32,000 nt of DNA from Candidatus Saccharimonadota bacterium (GCA_049296095.1 JBAQRV010000001.1:480001-512000), one strand, 5' to 3'; shown: positions 1 through 10,488, counted from the first letter of the stretch. Numbers and translations are program-made. Notes: generated by a model not told the origin, from the letters alone.

Positions 1-100
1 TTAGAATCTCACGACTCACGTCTACATCGACCCCTTTGCGTTTTGTTGTCTCTATAATAAGATCATCTTTAACTTCAAGTTGGTCTTTTCGCAGTCTCAT
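1..100 (-). CDS. 5' part of an unidentified CDS running off the left edge
   Basis: ATG at 100-98 is preceded by GGGAGG with a 9-nt spacer. The frame MRLRKDQLEVKDDLIIETTKRKGVDVDVSREIL stays open to position 1. No family recognised. Confidence 0.3.
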   Translation of the reverse strand, partial: MRLRKDQLEVKDDLIIETTKRKGVDVDVSREIL

Positions 101-172
101 CAAGCACATCCTCCCGAATTTTCTTTATCATAAATCAAACTTGTCGTCTCGGCAAGAAATATACAGTGTATT

Positions 173-181
173 TGTTACAAT
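173..181 (+). promoter_or_regulatory. extended -10 element (TGTTACAAT), leaderless-type promoter for the 188 CDS
   Basis: TGnTAnAAT match ends 6 nt before ATG 188. No SD lies in between. Confidence 0.45.
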
Positions 182-187
182 GGTCGT

Positions 188-538
188 ATGCCCCATCAAA
201 ATAACCTCAAAATTCTCGTCTTTATAGGTGAAGGCTCTGAGCATATTATCGAATACCTGACAAAAAAAGGCTTTCCAAAAGTATCACTCGAGAACATGCC
301 CTCCCAAATTGAACATCTTTCCGAGGCGGGACAACATCGAATTATAACAAATGAGGTTCCCGACCTTAGTTTGTACGAAATGCTCCAAAACCAGTTCCCA
401 GGTGAGATACAGCTTGTCGCAGTTGCATCAGAAAATAAGATGCATGAAGATGAGTTTATAAAACACGCCGATTACTTTGTTGACAATGATCCAACAAAGA
501 TTGATGAGCTTCTCCAAAAGCTCGATTTCACTCTCTAG
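188..538 (+). CDS. hypothetical protein (116 aa)
   Basis: Clean ORF with an ATG start 6 nt after an extended -10. No motif recognised. Its stop overlaps the convergent neighbour by 4 nt. Confidence 0.6.
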   Translation: MPHQNNLKILVFIGEGSEHIIEYLTKKGFPKVSLENMPSQIEHLSEAGQHRIITNEVPDLSLYEMLQNQFPGEIQLVAVASENKMHEDEFIKHADYFVDNDPTKIDELLQKLDFTL

Positions 539-1122
539 ACGAGTTCAAATTCTTGTTTCAAGAATGCTTCGTACGCTTCAACCGTATCGTAGTCATTGAC
601 GATCTTTATATCAGCAATATCCCGAACACCGCCCATATTCAAACTAGCAGCATTTCCAGCGATCGGCTGCATTTCAGAATTCTCTTCAGCAACAAACTGC
701 TCAAATGTTTTTTGATCTTCTGGTCGATCAGCATTTCTTTTTTGTATCCGTTCGTAACGGACATGTGGATCGGCATCAACCCAAATCACAATGCCACCCA
801 GGGCTTGAATTGCTTCAGCTTCTTTGGGATGCCGGATACTCGTTAAAGTTAAGCCTCTATAATTCTTCTCGGTTTTTTCTTCGTTATACAGTTCAACAGA
901 TTTATCAACCAGGACACCGGCACCACTTTCGGCGCGCCATCTATTACCAAGTGCACCGAGATTCTCGCGTTCGTGTGGCAATCCTTGACGATCCAATTCG
1001 TGACGCATAATATCACTCAGACTGACAAATTTAGCATTCTGAAGGGACTGACGCAAAGCGCCGAGCGTATCTTTACCCGATGCATTCGTTCCAGCGACTC
1101 CCACGATTTCTGGCAATTTCAT
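535..1122 (-). CDS. P-loop nucleotide/nucleoside kinase family protein (dephospho-CoA kinase / dNMP kinase-like)
   Basis: N-terminal Walker A GVAGTNASGKDT. Size of 195 aa and layout are typical of small NMP-kinase-fold proteins. Exact substrate unknown. Confidence 0.7.
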   Translation of the reverse strand: MKLPEIVGVAGTNASGKDTLGALRQSLQNAKFVSLSDIMRHELDRQGLPHERENLGALGNRWRAESGAGVLVDKSVELYNEEKTEKNYRGLTLTSIRHPKEAEAIQALGGIVIWVDADPHVRYERIQKRNADRPEDQKTFEQFVAEENSEMQPIAGNAASLNMGGVRDIADIKIVNDYDTVEAYEAFLKQEFELV

Positions 1123-1131
1123 AAGGAAACC

Positions 1132-2157
1132 CTAATTAAGATATTCGTGAAGTTTCTTTGAATCCTTGTGCTTTCGAAGCTTCGCCAAGGCCTTGGCTTC
1201 GATCTGACGAATGCGCTCACGAGTGACGGCGAATTCCTGTCCGACTTCTTCCAAAGTGTGACTCTTGCCGTTCTCTAGGCCAAAGCGCATCTTGATGATC
1301 TTTTGCTCACGGTCAGATAACGTCGAGAGGATTGATTGAACTTGCTCTTTCAATAGTTGAGAGGCAGCCGACTCTTCCGGTGTCGCACTATCTTCATCTT
1401 CAATAAAGTCACGCAGCACTGAATCTTCGTCATCGCCATCACGGCCAACACCAGCGTCGAGTGACGTAATGTCCTGCTTGATTTTCATAACATATTCAAC
1501 TTTTTCAGGTTCCATCTCGAGTTCTTTACCGAGCTCTTCAATGGTCGGTTCACGGTTCAACTCTTGAGTCATACGACGCTGTGTACGGAGTAATTTGTTA
1601 ATCGTTTCCACCATGTGAACTGGAATACGAATGGTACGCGCCTGGTCAGCGATTGCACGAGTAATTGCCTGACGGATCCACCAGGTAGCATAGGTCGAGA
1701 ACTTGAATCCTTTTTCAGGATCAAACTTTTCAACTGCACGAAGCAAGCCAGTGTTACCTTCTTGAATAAGGTCAAGAAAATCGAGACCGCGACCACTGTA
1801 ACGCTTGGCAATCGAGACAACCAGACGCATGTTGGCCTCCGCCATTTTGTCTTTGGAACGCTTGTCGCCTTCGACGACCTTCTTAGCAAGGGCAAGTTCC
1901 TCTTCTGCGTTTAGCAAAGGAATTTTACCTATTTCGCGCAAATACAAACGGACGCTGTCGTCGCTGGCATCGTCGAAATACTGGTCCTGGCTGAGAAGAT
2001 CGACGTCTTCCGCCTCTTCTTCTTCGAGGTCTTCAATTGCTGGCTCATCGATATCGATAGCCGACACACCAGCCACCGCAGTTGTATCATCCGCTGCGTC
2101 ATCAATCATTGCATCATCTTCGACGATGGGATCATCGTTCTTTTTACTTCTGGGCAC
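1132..2157 (-). CDS. rpoD: RNA polymerase primary sigma factor (sigma-70 family)
   Basis: Acidic N-terminus. Region 2 [27 protein letters not shown]. Region 4 [26 protein letters not shown] start at 2157 has AAGGAG 7 nt upstream, inside the dnaG 3' end (14-nt overlap). Confidence 0.95.
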   Translation of the reverse strand: MPRSKKNDDPIVEDDAMIDDAADDTTAVAGVSAIDIDEPAIEDLEEEEAEDVDLLSQDQYFDDASDDSVRLYLREIGKIPLLNAEEELALAKKVVEGDKRSKDKMAEANMRLVVSIAKRYSGRGLDFLDLIQEGNTGLLRAVEKFDPEKGFKFSTYATWWIRQAITRAIADQARTIRIPVHMVETINKLLRTQRRMTQELNREPTIEELGKELEMEPEKVEYVMKIKQDITSLDAGVGRDGDDEDSVLRDFIEDEDSATPEESAASQLLKEQVQSILSTLSDREQKIIKMRFGLENGKSHTLEEVGQEFAVTRERIRQIEAKALAKLRKHKDSKKLHEYLN

Positions 2158-3892
2158 GAGGCATCTCCTTTATTAGTTCATTGAGTTGTTGTCTGATCTT
2201 CATAGCTGTTTCGCTGTCGCCACTCTCCTCGGCGGTTCGCAGCCGTGCGGTCAGGTCGTCTTTGTTGATTTTCTTGTGTTCGGTTATCAGTTGGCGGACG
2301 AGGCGGGCAGTTTCGAAGTAACGATCTTCATCACTCCACTCCCCGTACCGTGCATCGGCCTTTAATAGTAATATTTTAACATAGGTGTCGTAATCCTTCA
2401 AATCCCTCGGGGTATTCTGCCAGAGTTCTGTGCTTTGGAGTAGCTGAGCAAGCACTGCTCGACGTTCGTCGTTAGACAGCATTGTCGGCGAGAGGTCTTT
2501 GAGGAGTTCTCGCACTGCAGGATCGATAACCGCAACCGCCAAAACATTATCCTGATACCCTGACGGGTCAGGACGCACTTCTTCAATTGGATGTACGACT
2601 TTTTTGAGTACTTTCTGGGTTGGCTCTTCAGTCCCCGCCAGCTTTTCCTTTAGGGTTTCGAGGGATGAATCAGTATAGGTCGCAATTTTTTGCAGATAAT
2701 GCTCTTGTTCGACCGCATCATTCAACACGCGGACCACTCTCAGGGCAGCGGTCGTAAAGTTTCGCTTGCCGATAGCTGTCGTCAGATCTTCGCGCAATGA
2801 ATATTGTTTCAAGACCCAATCGATCACTACCTCAGCCTCATCGATCGCCTTCTGCCACAGTGCTGGATCTTGTTGGATAAGTTCATCAGGATCTTTCACG
2901 TTATCAGGCAAACTAATAATCGTCAGGTCAACACCTACTGCTTGGGCAATTGGGATGGCACGTTCGGTCGCCGCTAGTCCTGCCGCATCTCCATCAAAGG
3001 CTAACTTAGCGTTCGGGCTTAGCCGTACCAAGGCCTTAAGGTGCGATTCGGTCATTGCTGTACCAGCCGTCGCCACTACCTGGGTAATACCCGCTTGGTG
3101 ACTACTGACGACGTCAAGATTACCCTCAACAATCACCGCATAATCATTCGCGCGGATGGCCTCTTTTGCTTGGCTGAGTCCAAAGACATGCCGACCTTTG
3201 TTGTAAAGAAGTGTTTCGGGAGTATTGAGATACTTTGGAGCATTTGGCTCGTCAGTGAGAATGCGACCAGTAAAGCCAATCACCTGTCCCGAACCGTCCA
3301 TCAAAGGCACGGTCATACGTCCACGGAAAAGATCACCGCCATAACGGTTTGTCAGGCCAGCAGCATCAGCCTCTTTGCGCGTAAAACCTTTCTTTGCCAA
3401 AAATTGCACCAAGGCATCCCCTGTGTCCGGAGCGTAGCCGATCCGAAACTGCTGCACAATATCCTTACTCAGGCCACGTTTTTTAAAAACGTATTCGAGT
3501 GCATGCTGATTCTTGACGAGACTCTGTTGGAAATAGTTGGTGGCCAGTTCGAGAATTTCTAATAATCGCTTTTTACGCTTCGCGATCTCTTGTGCACCTT
3601 TTGAATCATAGATCGAGAGATCAACTCCGACCCGCCGCGCGAGTAGCTCTAAGGCACCTCGAAAATCGACACCCTCCACTTCCATCACAAAACTAAAGAC
3701 ATCGCCACCTTTATTCGAAGAAAAATCGTGCCAGATATTTTTGTCTGGACTCACATAAAAACTCGGTGTCTTTTCACCACTAAATGGGCTGAGACCCTTG
3801 AAGTTTCGCCCAGCTCGCTTGAGCTGTACGTACTCCCCAATGACGTCCTCAATATTCAGACGTGCTCGGACTTCTTCCTTAGCGTCTTGCAT
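2144..3892 (-). CDS. dnaG: DNA primase
   Basis: N-terminal primase zinc-ribbon homology region [42 protein letters not shown] region [11 protein letters not shown] ... FDGDAAG. Sits directly upstream of rpoD, as in the classical dnaG-rpoD arrangement. Confidence 0.93.
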   Translation of the reverse strand: MQDAKEEVRARLNIEDVIGEYVQLKRAGRNFKGLSPFSGEKTPSFYVSPDKNIWHDFSSNKGGDVFSFVMEVEGVDFRGALELLARRVGVDLSIYDSKGAQEIAKRKKRLLEILELATNYFQQSLVKNQHALEYVFKKRGLSKDIVQQFRIGYAPDTGDALVQFLAKKGFTRKEADAAGLTNRYGGDLFRGRMTVPLMDGSGQVIGFTGRILTDEPNAPKYLNTPETLLYNKGRHVFGLSQAKEAIRANDYAVIVEGNLDVVSSHQAGITQVVATAGTAMTESHLKALVRLSPNAKLAFDGDAAGLAATERAIPIAQAVGVDLTIISLPDNVKDPDELIQQDPALWQKAIDEAEVVIDWVLKQYSLREDLTTAIGKRNFTTAALRVVRVLNDAVEQEHYLQKIATYTDSSLETLKEKLAGTEEPTQKVLKKVVHPIEEVRPDPSGYQDNVLAVAVIDPAVRELLKDLSPTMLSNDERRAVLAQLLQSTELWQNTPRDLKDYDTYVKILLLKADARYGEWSDEDRYFETARLVRQLITEHKKINKDDLTARLRTAEESGDSETAMKIRQQLNELIKEMPRAQK

Positions 3893-3898
3893 ATCCTG

Positions 3899-3907
3899 AT
3901 TATAGCA
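3899..3907 (-). promoter_or_regulatory. extended -10 element (TGCTATAAT), leaderless-type promoter for dnaG
   Basis: The minus strand reads TGCTATAAT-CAGGAT-ATG, so the element ends 6 nt before the dnaG ATG (3892). No SD. Confidence 0.5.
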
Positions 3908-3945
3908 CCCTTTACCTCTGTTATTGATTATGGTTAAATGGGGTC

Positions 3946-4569
3946 ATGTATCCCAACCAGACCCCGACGCCCCCAGTGCCGCCACCAGATTATCTTAATC
4001 AGATCGCCCCACAGGCGCCAAAAGTATTACCTTTCAAGGCAGGACCGAGATTATTTCTTATCATTGGCGCCGTCCTTGTTGTTCTGGTGAGCGGTATTGC
4101 CATCACTCTGAACATTATAAGGTCTGCCCAACAAGCGCCACTTGAAACGCTGTCTGCTCGCCTCACTACAACACAAACGATCGTCAATGACGCCCAGGCA
4201 AATCTCAAAAGCAGCCAACTGCGCAGTTTGAATAGCAACTTAGCTATCTACCTCACTAACACGACGCGTGACATCGGCGAACCCCTTCTCGCTAATGGCA
4301 TCAACACTGCAAAACTACCAGACTCGGTGACGAAAGCTGAATCAGGCGATGCGATTGCCGCCCGCTTGGAGGATGCTCGGCTGAATGCTGTCTTTGATCG
4401 AACCTACGCCCGCGAAATGACCTACCAGCTCAGCACTACCCTCACGCTCATGAAGCAGATTCGCGACTCAACAGGAAGCGCCAGTCTCAAGACTTTCCTC
4501 GACACAGCTATTACTAACCTCGAGCCGACTCAAGCATCATTTGCGAGCTTTGATGCAGCTAGTAGCTAA
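3946..4569 (+). CDS. hypothetical membrane-anchored protein (207 aa)
   Basis: Pro-rich N-terminus, one hydrophobic span (LFLIIGAVLVVLVSGIAITLNII), then a Ser/Thr/Ala-rich soluble domain. No family recognised. Confidence 0.6.
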   Translation: MYPNQTPTPPVPPPDYLNQIAPQAPKVLPFKAGPRLFLIIGAVLVVLVSGIAITLNIIRSAQQAPLETLSARLTTTQTIVNDAQANLKSSQLRSLNSNLAIYLTNTTRDIGEPLLANGINTAKLPDSVTKAESGDAIAARLEDARLNAVFDRTYAREMTYQLSTTLTLMKQIRDSTGSASLKTFLDTAITNLEPTQASFASFDAASS

Positions 4570-4901
4570 TCAGTAACTAATTGATAACTTAATCGCACAA
4601 GATCTTTAATCTCGTCGTCGTTCAGTTGGCCTGAACAAATAATAGTGTTCCAGTGTTTCTTGTTCAAATGGTAGCCGGCAACAACAGTCTCATAACGCTC
4701 ACGGAGTGTCTCAGCGAGCACTGGGTCACATTTCAGACTCACTCGAAGTGGCTTTGAGCCATCGGCAATCAAAGCAAACATCTTACCTTCCCCAGTCTCT
4801 TTGTGGCCAACCTTATAGACCGACGTTCCTTCACCAAAAGGAAAATCGAGCCACGTATTAGGAAAGCTGAGTATATATTCTTCAAGTTCTTTGTGGGTCA
4901 T
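4566..4901 (-). CDS. MmcQ/YjbR family DNA-binding protein
   Basis: 111 aa with the typical family pattern: FPFGEG..VYKV ... MFALI ... LKCDP ... GYHLNKKHWNTI. Confidence 0.8.
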   Translation of the reverse strand: MTHKELEEYILSFPNTWLDFPFGEGTSVYKVGHKETGEGKMFALIADGSKPLRVSLKCDPVLAETLRERYETVVAGYHLNKKHWNTIICSGQLNDDEIKDLVRLSYQLVTD

Positions 4902-4911
4902 TGTCCCTATT

Positions 4912-6132
4912 TTACAGACTCGAGTAGGGAGATTGCAACTGACTCATCGAAGTTGCCCAATTCAAACGGGTCAGAATACTCGACTGCTGCTCTGGAGTGG
5001 CCGGTTTGACGATCTTTCCGGAGTCGTTTGTCCCAACGACGCCGAATTGGTACGTAAACGGCAATTTAGCGAGCTTTTCACTCTCAACCTTGCTCAAACA
5101 ATCATCGTGGAAGGCTTTGCAGGTGTCACCCAAGGCGAGCCATTTTGTCAGTTCAGTTGAATCAACCTCATTCACGTTCATCACCACTCGTATGCCCGCC
5201 GAACGCACGACCTCGGCAGTATCTTGCTGATCGAAAATAAAGTTGCCCATCGAGTACACTATCAGGTGGCCTTTATAGACCTCGGTGGTTTGAATCCAGT
5301 GCGGATGATCGCCAATTACCATGTCAGCACCGTGATCAATCAGCGAGCGATAGGTTGTCGTCTTGATCTCGTCAGGAGCGGGTTTATACTCAACGCCCAT
5401 GTGTGGCATGGCGATGACGGGCATAACTCTGCTATATGCCTCCATCACCGCCAATGATTCTTGTGAGGGGATTTTAAATACCCCGTGATAGCCACACATC
5501 GCGACAGGCATAGATTCTTTTTTAGTCGAACCGTCATCATAAGTGACGGTCATGGGCATTGCAATCACATCACAGACATCATCTACTTCATCTGGGTCGT
5601 AATGTCCAAAATACTGAATACCATTTTCTTCTAAATGTCGTTTCGTTTCAGCAAAGCCCTCTACTTCCCTATTGTCCGTGTGGTTATTGGCGAGCGTAAA
5701 AGCAGTAAACCATTTGGCAGCTTCAGGAAGGTAGTCTGGTGAACAATTAAAAGAGAGGGTCAAATCTTCCTCGGCTGAAGTCTGTGAGAAGTTGGCAACC
5801 GTCGGACATTCCAACCCAGCAATCCAAGCATCGTAGGATTCGCGGTTAAACTCATTCAAGCGAGAAAACGGATAGGCGGTTTTGAGAGGACTCGCCATCG
5901 ACCAGTCATTAATATAACGACCCCAGAAAACATTTCCAAAGAACAACGTATTGGCAGATACGCTCACTGGTTGTGGAGTAGGCGCAGGCAGATCAACTGT
6001 CTGCTCGGGTGTTTGAGCCGTAGGGCTAAAGATAAGAAGTGCTGCAACCGTCCCCGCGGCAATCAATAAGATACTGCCAACAACCACCAACCATGATCGT
6101 AGTCGCCTCTTCCAACCCGACACTCGTTTCAT
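4912..6132 (-). CDS. CapA-family metallophosphatase-fold protein with N-terminal membrane anchor
   Basis: N-terminal TM (WLVVVGSILLIAAGTVAALLIF). CapA-like motifs LANNHTDN, MPHMGVEY, GDHPHWIQ, YSMGNFIFDQ. Confidence 0.8.
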   Translation of the reverse strand: MKRVSGWKRRLRSWLVVVGSILLIAAGTVAALLIFSPTAQTPEQTVDLPAPTPQPVSVSANTLFFGNVFWGRYINDWSMASPLKTAYPFSRLNEFNRESYDAWIAGLECPTVANFSQTSAEEDLTLSFNCSPDYLPEAAKWFTAFTLANNHTDNREVEGFAETKRHLEENGIQYFGHYDPDEVDDVCDVIAMPMTVTYDDGSTKKESMPVAMCGYHGVFKIPSQESLAVMEAYSRVMPVIAMPHMGVEYKPAPDEIKTTTYRSLIDHGADMVIGDHPHWIQTTEVYKGHLIVYSMGNFIFDQQDTAEVVRSAGIRVVMNVNEVDSTELTKWLALGDTCKAFHDDCLSKVESEKLAKLPFTYQFGVVGTNDSGKIVKPATPEQQSSILTRLNWATSMSQLQSPYSSL

Positions 6133-6138
6133 GAGCTT

Positions 6139-6147
6139 ATTGTAGCA
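6139..6147 (-). promoter_or_regulatory. extended -10 element (TGCTACAAT), leaderless-type promoter for the CapA-family gene
   Basis: The minus strand reads TGCTACAAT-AAGCTC-ATG (ATG at 6132). The element sits between the orn stop and the capA-like start. Confidence 0.5.
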
Positions 6148-6150
6148 CTA

Positions 6151-6723
6151 TTAAGAAGGCTTGATTTTACCGAGGTAATACTTGAGCTCGGTAATGCTAC
6201 CACGGATATCTTCGAGTGCCCTATGCGCCTCTGGCTTGGCAAACTTTTTCTTAAATTTATTCTCGAACACCACTTTCCAAGCAGTCACATCGAGCATGCG
6301 ATAGTTTAATCGTGCGTTCAAGCGGTGCCATTCGTTCTCAATAAATTTACGGTCCATGTGGATTGAGTTACCGCCAAGCAAGACAGGAAGATCTTTATCA
6401 AAATGCTTATCAACAAATTCGAGCAACTCATTTTCAATGGTTCGAGCCGATCGGCCGCTCTCTAGATTCTGTTTGATAAGCGCATCACGGACCTCAGGAA
6501 CCGATTCCCAAAAGCTCGCTGCTGGGCCTTTTTTCATTCGCTTTTCAACCAATCGTGGACCGACCAATACTGCCGCCTCGTACGTCGCAATCTCATTAAA
6601 TTCCCAATCGGTCACAATCGCGCCAATCTCTAAGATACGATCATTGATCGGATCAAGCCCTGTCATCTCTAGGTCAATCCACAAGATGCGCTCGACGCGT
6701 TTGTTTGTCAGTTTTCCAGACAT
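6151..6723 (-). CDS. orn: oligoribonuclease
   Basis: DEDDh exonuclease motifs WIDLEMTGLD, GNSIHMDRKFI and HRALEDIRGSI. 190 aa. SD AAGGAA upstream. Confidence 0.9.
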   Translation of the reverse strand: MSGKLTNKRVERILWIDLEMTGLDPINDRILEIGAIVTDWEFNEIATYEAAVLVGPRLVEKRMKKGPAASFWESVPEVRDALIKQNLESGRSARTIENELLEFVDKHFDKDLPVLLGGNSIHMDRKFIENEWHRLNARLNYRMLDVTAWKVVFENKFKKKFAKPEAHRALEDIRGSITELKYYLGKIKPS

Positions 6724-6724
6724 A

Positions 6725-7132
6725 CTATTCCTTCTTCTTATCGAGCTTGGTCAGTCCAAGCATGTGGAACACGAGGTAGACAACCAGAGCAATAATAATA
6801 AAGTTCACAAAGTCATTTAAGAAAGTCCCGTAGTAGATTATAGCTGGGTCACCACCGTGGCCTTTGCCGATCGTCCAAGTCAGACCTTTCAGGCCATCAC
6901 CCGAACCAAGCAAGAGCCCAATTGGCGGCAGGATGACATTATCAACCAGTGATTTAACAAGAATCGTGACGGCGCCACCAAGTATTAAACCGACTGCCAG
7001 GCCGATGACGCCTTGGGTACGAATAAAGTCCAAAAAGCCCTTCACGCCAGTTTCACCGACGACGACGATTCTATTTAACGGATTCTTCAAAGCTTCTTTG
7101 GCAAGTTGTTTCTTGGTTGGTTTTTCGGCCAT
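6725..7132 (-). CDS. mscL: large-conductance mechanosensitive channel
   Basis: GFLDFIRTQGVIGLAVGLILGGAV...LPPIG is the MscL signature. ATG 7132 has AGGAGA 6 nt upstream, so I prefer it over the longer ORF-track start at 7171. Confidence 0.9.
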   Translation of the reverse strand: MAEKPTKKQLAKEALKNPLNRIVVVGETGVKGFLDFIRTQGVIGLAVGLILGGAVTILVKSLVDNVILPPIGLLLGSGDGLKGLTWTIGKGHGGDPAIIYYGTFLNDFVNFIIIALVVYLVFHMLGLTKLDKKKE

Positions 7133-7171
7133 ACTCACTCTCCTATTTATCTCGTTACTACTATAGACCAA

Positions 7172-8857
7172 TTACATGCTACTCGGAACTTCAATACCGA
7201 GCAGGTCAAGCCCAGCCGTAAAGACTTGGCTTACTTTCGCAAGCACACCGAGTCGAGCTGACTTTTGCTCGTCACTTACGTCACCAGTCGCAATAGGCGT
7301 CGTTTCGTAGTAGCGGTTAAGGTCACGAGCAAGCTCATAGAGATAAGCTGCGACGCGGTGTGGTTCGAGATCGCGCGCACTCAGTGCAACGACCCCGGGA
7401 TATTCAAGCAGTTTGGCTATAATTGCCTTTTCTGCCTCGTAATCATAGCCCTCGATATCTGGGGCGCCGAGGCCATATTCATTCAAGATCTTATTTACCC
7501 GAACAGCCGCGTACTGAACATATGGACCACTAAATCCGCTGAGAGCAAAGATATTCTTCCAGTCAAATAAGATATTTGTACGACGGTCGGAAACAAAATC
7601 ACTAAACTTGATCGCACCAAGAGCAATCTTCTTGATATCTTCCTCACTGACAGCACGCTCAGCCACGACTTCACGCGCCTTTGCTTCTGCTTGATCGAGT
7701 AGTTCCTCCATCAGGACAACGCCTTTTCGGCTACTCATCTTTTCACGCGTACCGTCTTCACTGACTTGATCAATTGTTCCGAACCAAAGATGGGAGAGAT
7801 CGGTTGTAATACCAAGTTTTTTTGCCATAGCAAACAGCTGCGCAAAATAAAATTGTTGTTCAGCACCAACGGCGTAGATGACTTTGTCAGGATGCCATTC
7901 ATGCTCTCGGTATAAAATTGTTGCGAGATCGCTGGTCGCATACAAAGCAGCACCATTACTCTTTTGTACTAACAAAGGAACGTCATAGCCATAGTCATCC
8001 AAAGGAACAATAATCGAGCCATCTTCGTTCTGAATCGCGACACCAGTCTCGAGTAATTTCTGTACGGCCTCTTTTCCACGCGGCGCAAAAAAGGCTTCAC
8101 CCAGCTCATACTCCGTCGAAATCTTGAGACGGCGCATGACATTGTGAATATGTTCAAGCGAGATCTTGTTAAAACGATCGCTATAGGCCTTGGCTTGCTC
8201 ATCACCTGACTCAAACTTCAAGAGCCAGTCCTGCACTTCATCGGCCAACGTCGATTCACCACGCTCTTTTTCTTCTTTGAGCGCCTTCTTCATTTCAATG
8301 TAGACGCGGCCTAGCTCGTAGACACCATCTTTTTCCAAAGCTTCCTCGCTGCTGAACTTCAAAAAACCAGTAATCCAGATGCCAAGAGGCGCACCGTAAT
8401 CACCGAGATGATTGTCAGTAATCACCTTCCAGCCGGTCGCTTCCATTAGTTGTTTGGCAGCCCAGCCCTGATTGCCAGGACGAAGGTGACCAACACTGTA
8501 CGGCTTTGCCATGTTCGGACTCGGATACTCGACGACGACTGTTTTGCCAGCACCATCTTGATTTCGTCCGTAAGTCTCGCTCCAGTTCTGATTCAAGAGG
8601 TCGGCCAGCGAGCGAGCTTTGACACGCAGGTTGATAAACCCAGGGCCAGCGATAGTTACTTCACTAAAATCACTCGATTCGCGTAACTTCCCTGCTACCG
8701 CTTCCGCTACTTCGCGCGGATTCTTACCAAGAGGCTTCGCGATCTGTAATGCCACATTGGTTGCATAGTCGCCAAAGTCTGGCTCGGGACGAGTCAGTTT
8801 TACTTCTGCTTCTACCTCGAACAGTTCGCGGACAATCTGAGAAATTTTTTGTTCCAT
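7172..8857 (-). CDS. argS: arginine--tRNA ligase
   Basis: Full-length ArgRS-like sequence. It has an N-terminal additional domain, a class I catalytic core (PSPNMAKPYSVGHLR) and a C-terminal anticodon-binding domain ending in ..SSM. ATG 8857 is preferred over TTG 8863 because TGTTATAAT lies 8 nt upstream. Confidence 0.95.
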   Translation of the reverse strand: MEQKISQIVRELFEVEAEVKLTRPEPDFGDYATNVALQIAKPLGKNPREVAEAVAGKLRESSDFSEVTIAGPGFINLRVKARSLADLLNQNWSETYGRNQDGAGKTVVVEYPSPNMAKPYSVGHLRPGNQGWAAKQLMEATGWKVITDNHLGDYGAPLGIWITGFLKFSSEEALEKDGVYELGRVYIEMKKALKEEKERGESTLADEVQDWLLKFESGDEQAKAYSDRFNKISLEHIHNVMRRLKISTEYELGEAFFAPRGKEAVQKLLETGVAIQNEDGSIIVPLDDYGYDVPLLVQKSNGAALYATSDLATILYREHEWHPDKVIYAVGAEQQFYFAQLFAMAKKLGITTDLSHLWFGTIDQVSEDGTREKMSSRKGVVLMEELLDQAEAKAREVVAERAVSEEDIKKIALGAIKFSDFVSDRRTNILFDWKNIFALSGFSGPYVQYAAVRVNKILNEYGLGAPDIEGYDYEAEKAIIAKLLEYPGVVALSARDLEPHRVAAYLYELARDLNRYYETTPIATGDVSDEQKSARLGVLAKVSQVFTAGLDLLGIEVPSSM

Positions 8858-8865
8858 TGGCAATT

Positions 8866-8874
8866 ATTATAACA
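8866..8874 (-). promoter_or_regulatory. extended -10 element (TGTTATAAT) for argS
   Basis: The minus strand reads TGTTATAAT-AATTGCCA-ATG. The 8-nt gap implies a leaderless or near-leaderless mRNA. Confidence 0.45.
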
Positions 8875-8878
8875 GAGG

Positions 8879-10459
8879 TTAGTTTTTCGCCGCTTTGATC
8901 AGGCCAACAAACAATGGATGCGCCCGAAAAGGTCGACTCTTGAACTCTGGGTGAGCTTGAGTCGCCACAAAATAAGGATTATCGCTAGCTTCAATATATT
9001 CCACTAGTTTTCCATCAGGAGACAGCCCGCTAATCATCAAGCCACCCTTTGTAATATCATCGAGAAAGGCTTGATTTACCTCATAGCGGTGGCGGTGGCG
9101 TTCCACGATTTCCGTCTCACCATAAGCCTCGGCAACCTTCGATCCTGGTGTGAGTTTTGCAGTGTAATCACCAAGTCGCAATGTTCCACCCGTCGACTCC
9201 TTGCCCTGTTGACCATCCATAATGTAGACAACATTGTTTTTTGTATCAGGGTCAAATTCAGTACTATTTGCATCCGCTAGTCCAGCCCGACGAGCAGCTG
9301 CAATAACTGCAATCTGCAAACCTAAACAAAGGCCAAGGTACGGTTTTTTGTTTTCAAGTGCGTAGTCAGCCGCACAGATCTTGCCTTCGATTCCACGCTT
9401 ACCGAAGCCTCCTGGAACAAGGATTCCATCCATTTCAGCCAGCTGTGCAGTATCGCAATCCTCGGCGTTGATCCAGACAACTTCCAACCCAACCTCTTCT
9501 TGCCAGGCAGCCGCCTTCAAGGCTTCTAAAACAGAAATATAGGTATCTTCGTTATCGAGATACTTCGCAACCATGCCAATCTTCACCGTCTTGTCATAGG
9601 ATACTTCCTGGGCGGTAGCCAGTTTGCGCCATTTTGAAAGATCAGCCTTGGTCTTGTTGCCCGTAAAACGTTCTAGTACAGCATTAATGCCACTCGCATC
9701 GATCGTCAGAGGTACCTCATACACCGTTTTAGCATTTGAAAGTAAAATCACGGCATCCTTGCTGACGCCGCTAAATTGCGCAATCTTATCAGCAATCGCT
9801 ACTGGCGCTGGTTCATCGGTACGAACCACGACGCAGTCTGGCACAATACCAAACCCACGTAGGTCGTTCAAGGCATTTTGAGCGGGTTTCGATTTAAATT
9901 CTTTACTCGTATGAATAAATGGCACGTATACCACGTGGACATACATACAGTTCTCGCGTCCAACACGTGAAGCAAATTCACGAATTGCCTCAACATAGCT
10001 CAAGCCTTCATAGTCCCCAACCGTTCCACCGATTTCAACGATATGAACATCTGAACCGTTAGCCGCTAATTGGATCGCATCCTGAATTGCACTAGTCAGA
10101 TGCGGGACAAGCTGAATCGTTTGCCCATTAAACTTTCCGGCACGCTCATCAGCAATCAGCTGACTTAATAATTTCCCCGATAGTGTCGCGTTCTTCTGTG
10201 TTAATTCCAAATCCAAAAAACGCTCGTAGTGACCAAGGTCAAGATCCGTTTCTGCACCATCTTTAGTGACAAAACATTCACCATGTTCTTTTGGATTTAA
10301 AAGTCCCGCATCTACATTAAGATACGGGTCACATTTTTGAATTGAAACCTTTACACCCTTTGCCTGCAAAATCGCACCAATGCTTGCCGCAGTGATGCCT
10401 TTGCCTACCCCTGAAAGCACGCCCCCAGTTACAAAGATATATTTTTGTTTTTGCCCCAT
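8879..10459 (-). CDS. pyrG: CTP synthase
   Basis: N-terminal KYIFVTGGVLSGVGKG. C-terminal glutamine amidotransferase motifs GLCLGLQ and HPEF. ATG 10459 (MGQKQKYIFVTGG) is chosen because a TGCTACAAT -10 lies at 10489-10497 and GGAGG would fall in the leader. Confidence 0.95.
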   Translation of the reverse strand: MGQKQKYIFVTGGVLSGVGKGITAASIGAILQAKGVKVSIQKCDPYLNVDAGLLNPKEHGECFVTKDGAETDLDLGHYERFLDLELTQKNATLSGKLLSQLIADERAGKFNGQTIQLVPHLTSAIQDAIQLAANGSDVHIVEIGGTVGDYEGLSYVEAIREFASRVGRENCMYVHVVYVPFIHTSKEFKSKPAQNALNDLRGFGIVPDCVVVRTDEPAPVAIADKIAQFSGVSKDAVILLSNAKTVYEVPLTIDASGINAVLERFTGNKTKADLSKWRKLATAQEVSYDKTVKIGMVAKYLDNEDTYISVLEALKAAAWQEEVGLEVVWINAEDCDTAQLAEMDGILVPGGFGKRGIEGKICAADYALENKKPYLGLCLGLQIAVIAAARRAGLADANSTEFDPDTKNNVVYIMDGQQGKESTGGTLRLGDYTAKLTPGSKVAEAYGETEIVERHRHRYEVNQAFLDDITKGGLMISGLSPDGKLVEYIEASDNPYFVATQAHPEFKSRPFRAHPLFVGLIKAAKN

Positions 10460-10488
10460 GTTAGTTTTTTGCACCTCCATGGAGCCTC

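Noticed and set aside
1569-3562. Multiple 60-173-aa ORFs nested in or antisense to rpoD and dnaG, and similar nested ORFs inside argS, pyrG, nrdA, femAB and murE
   Set aside because: All lie within confidently identified longer genes, lack start signals and give low-complexity or motif-free translations.
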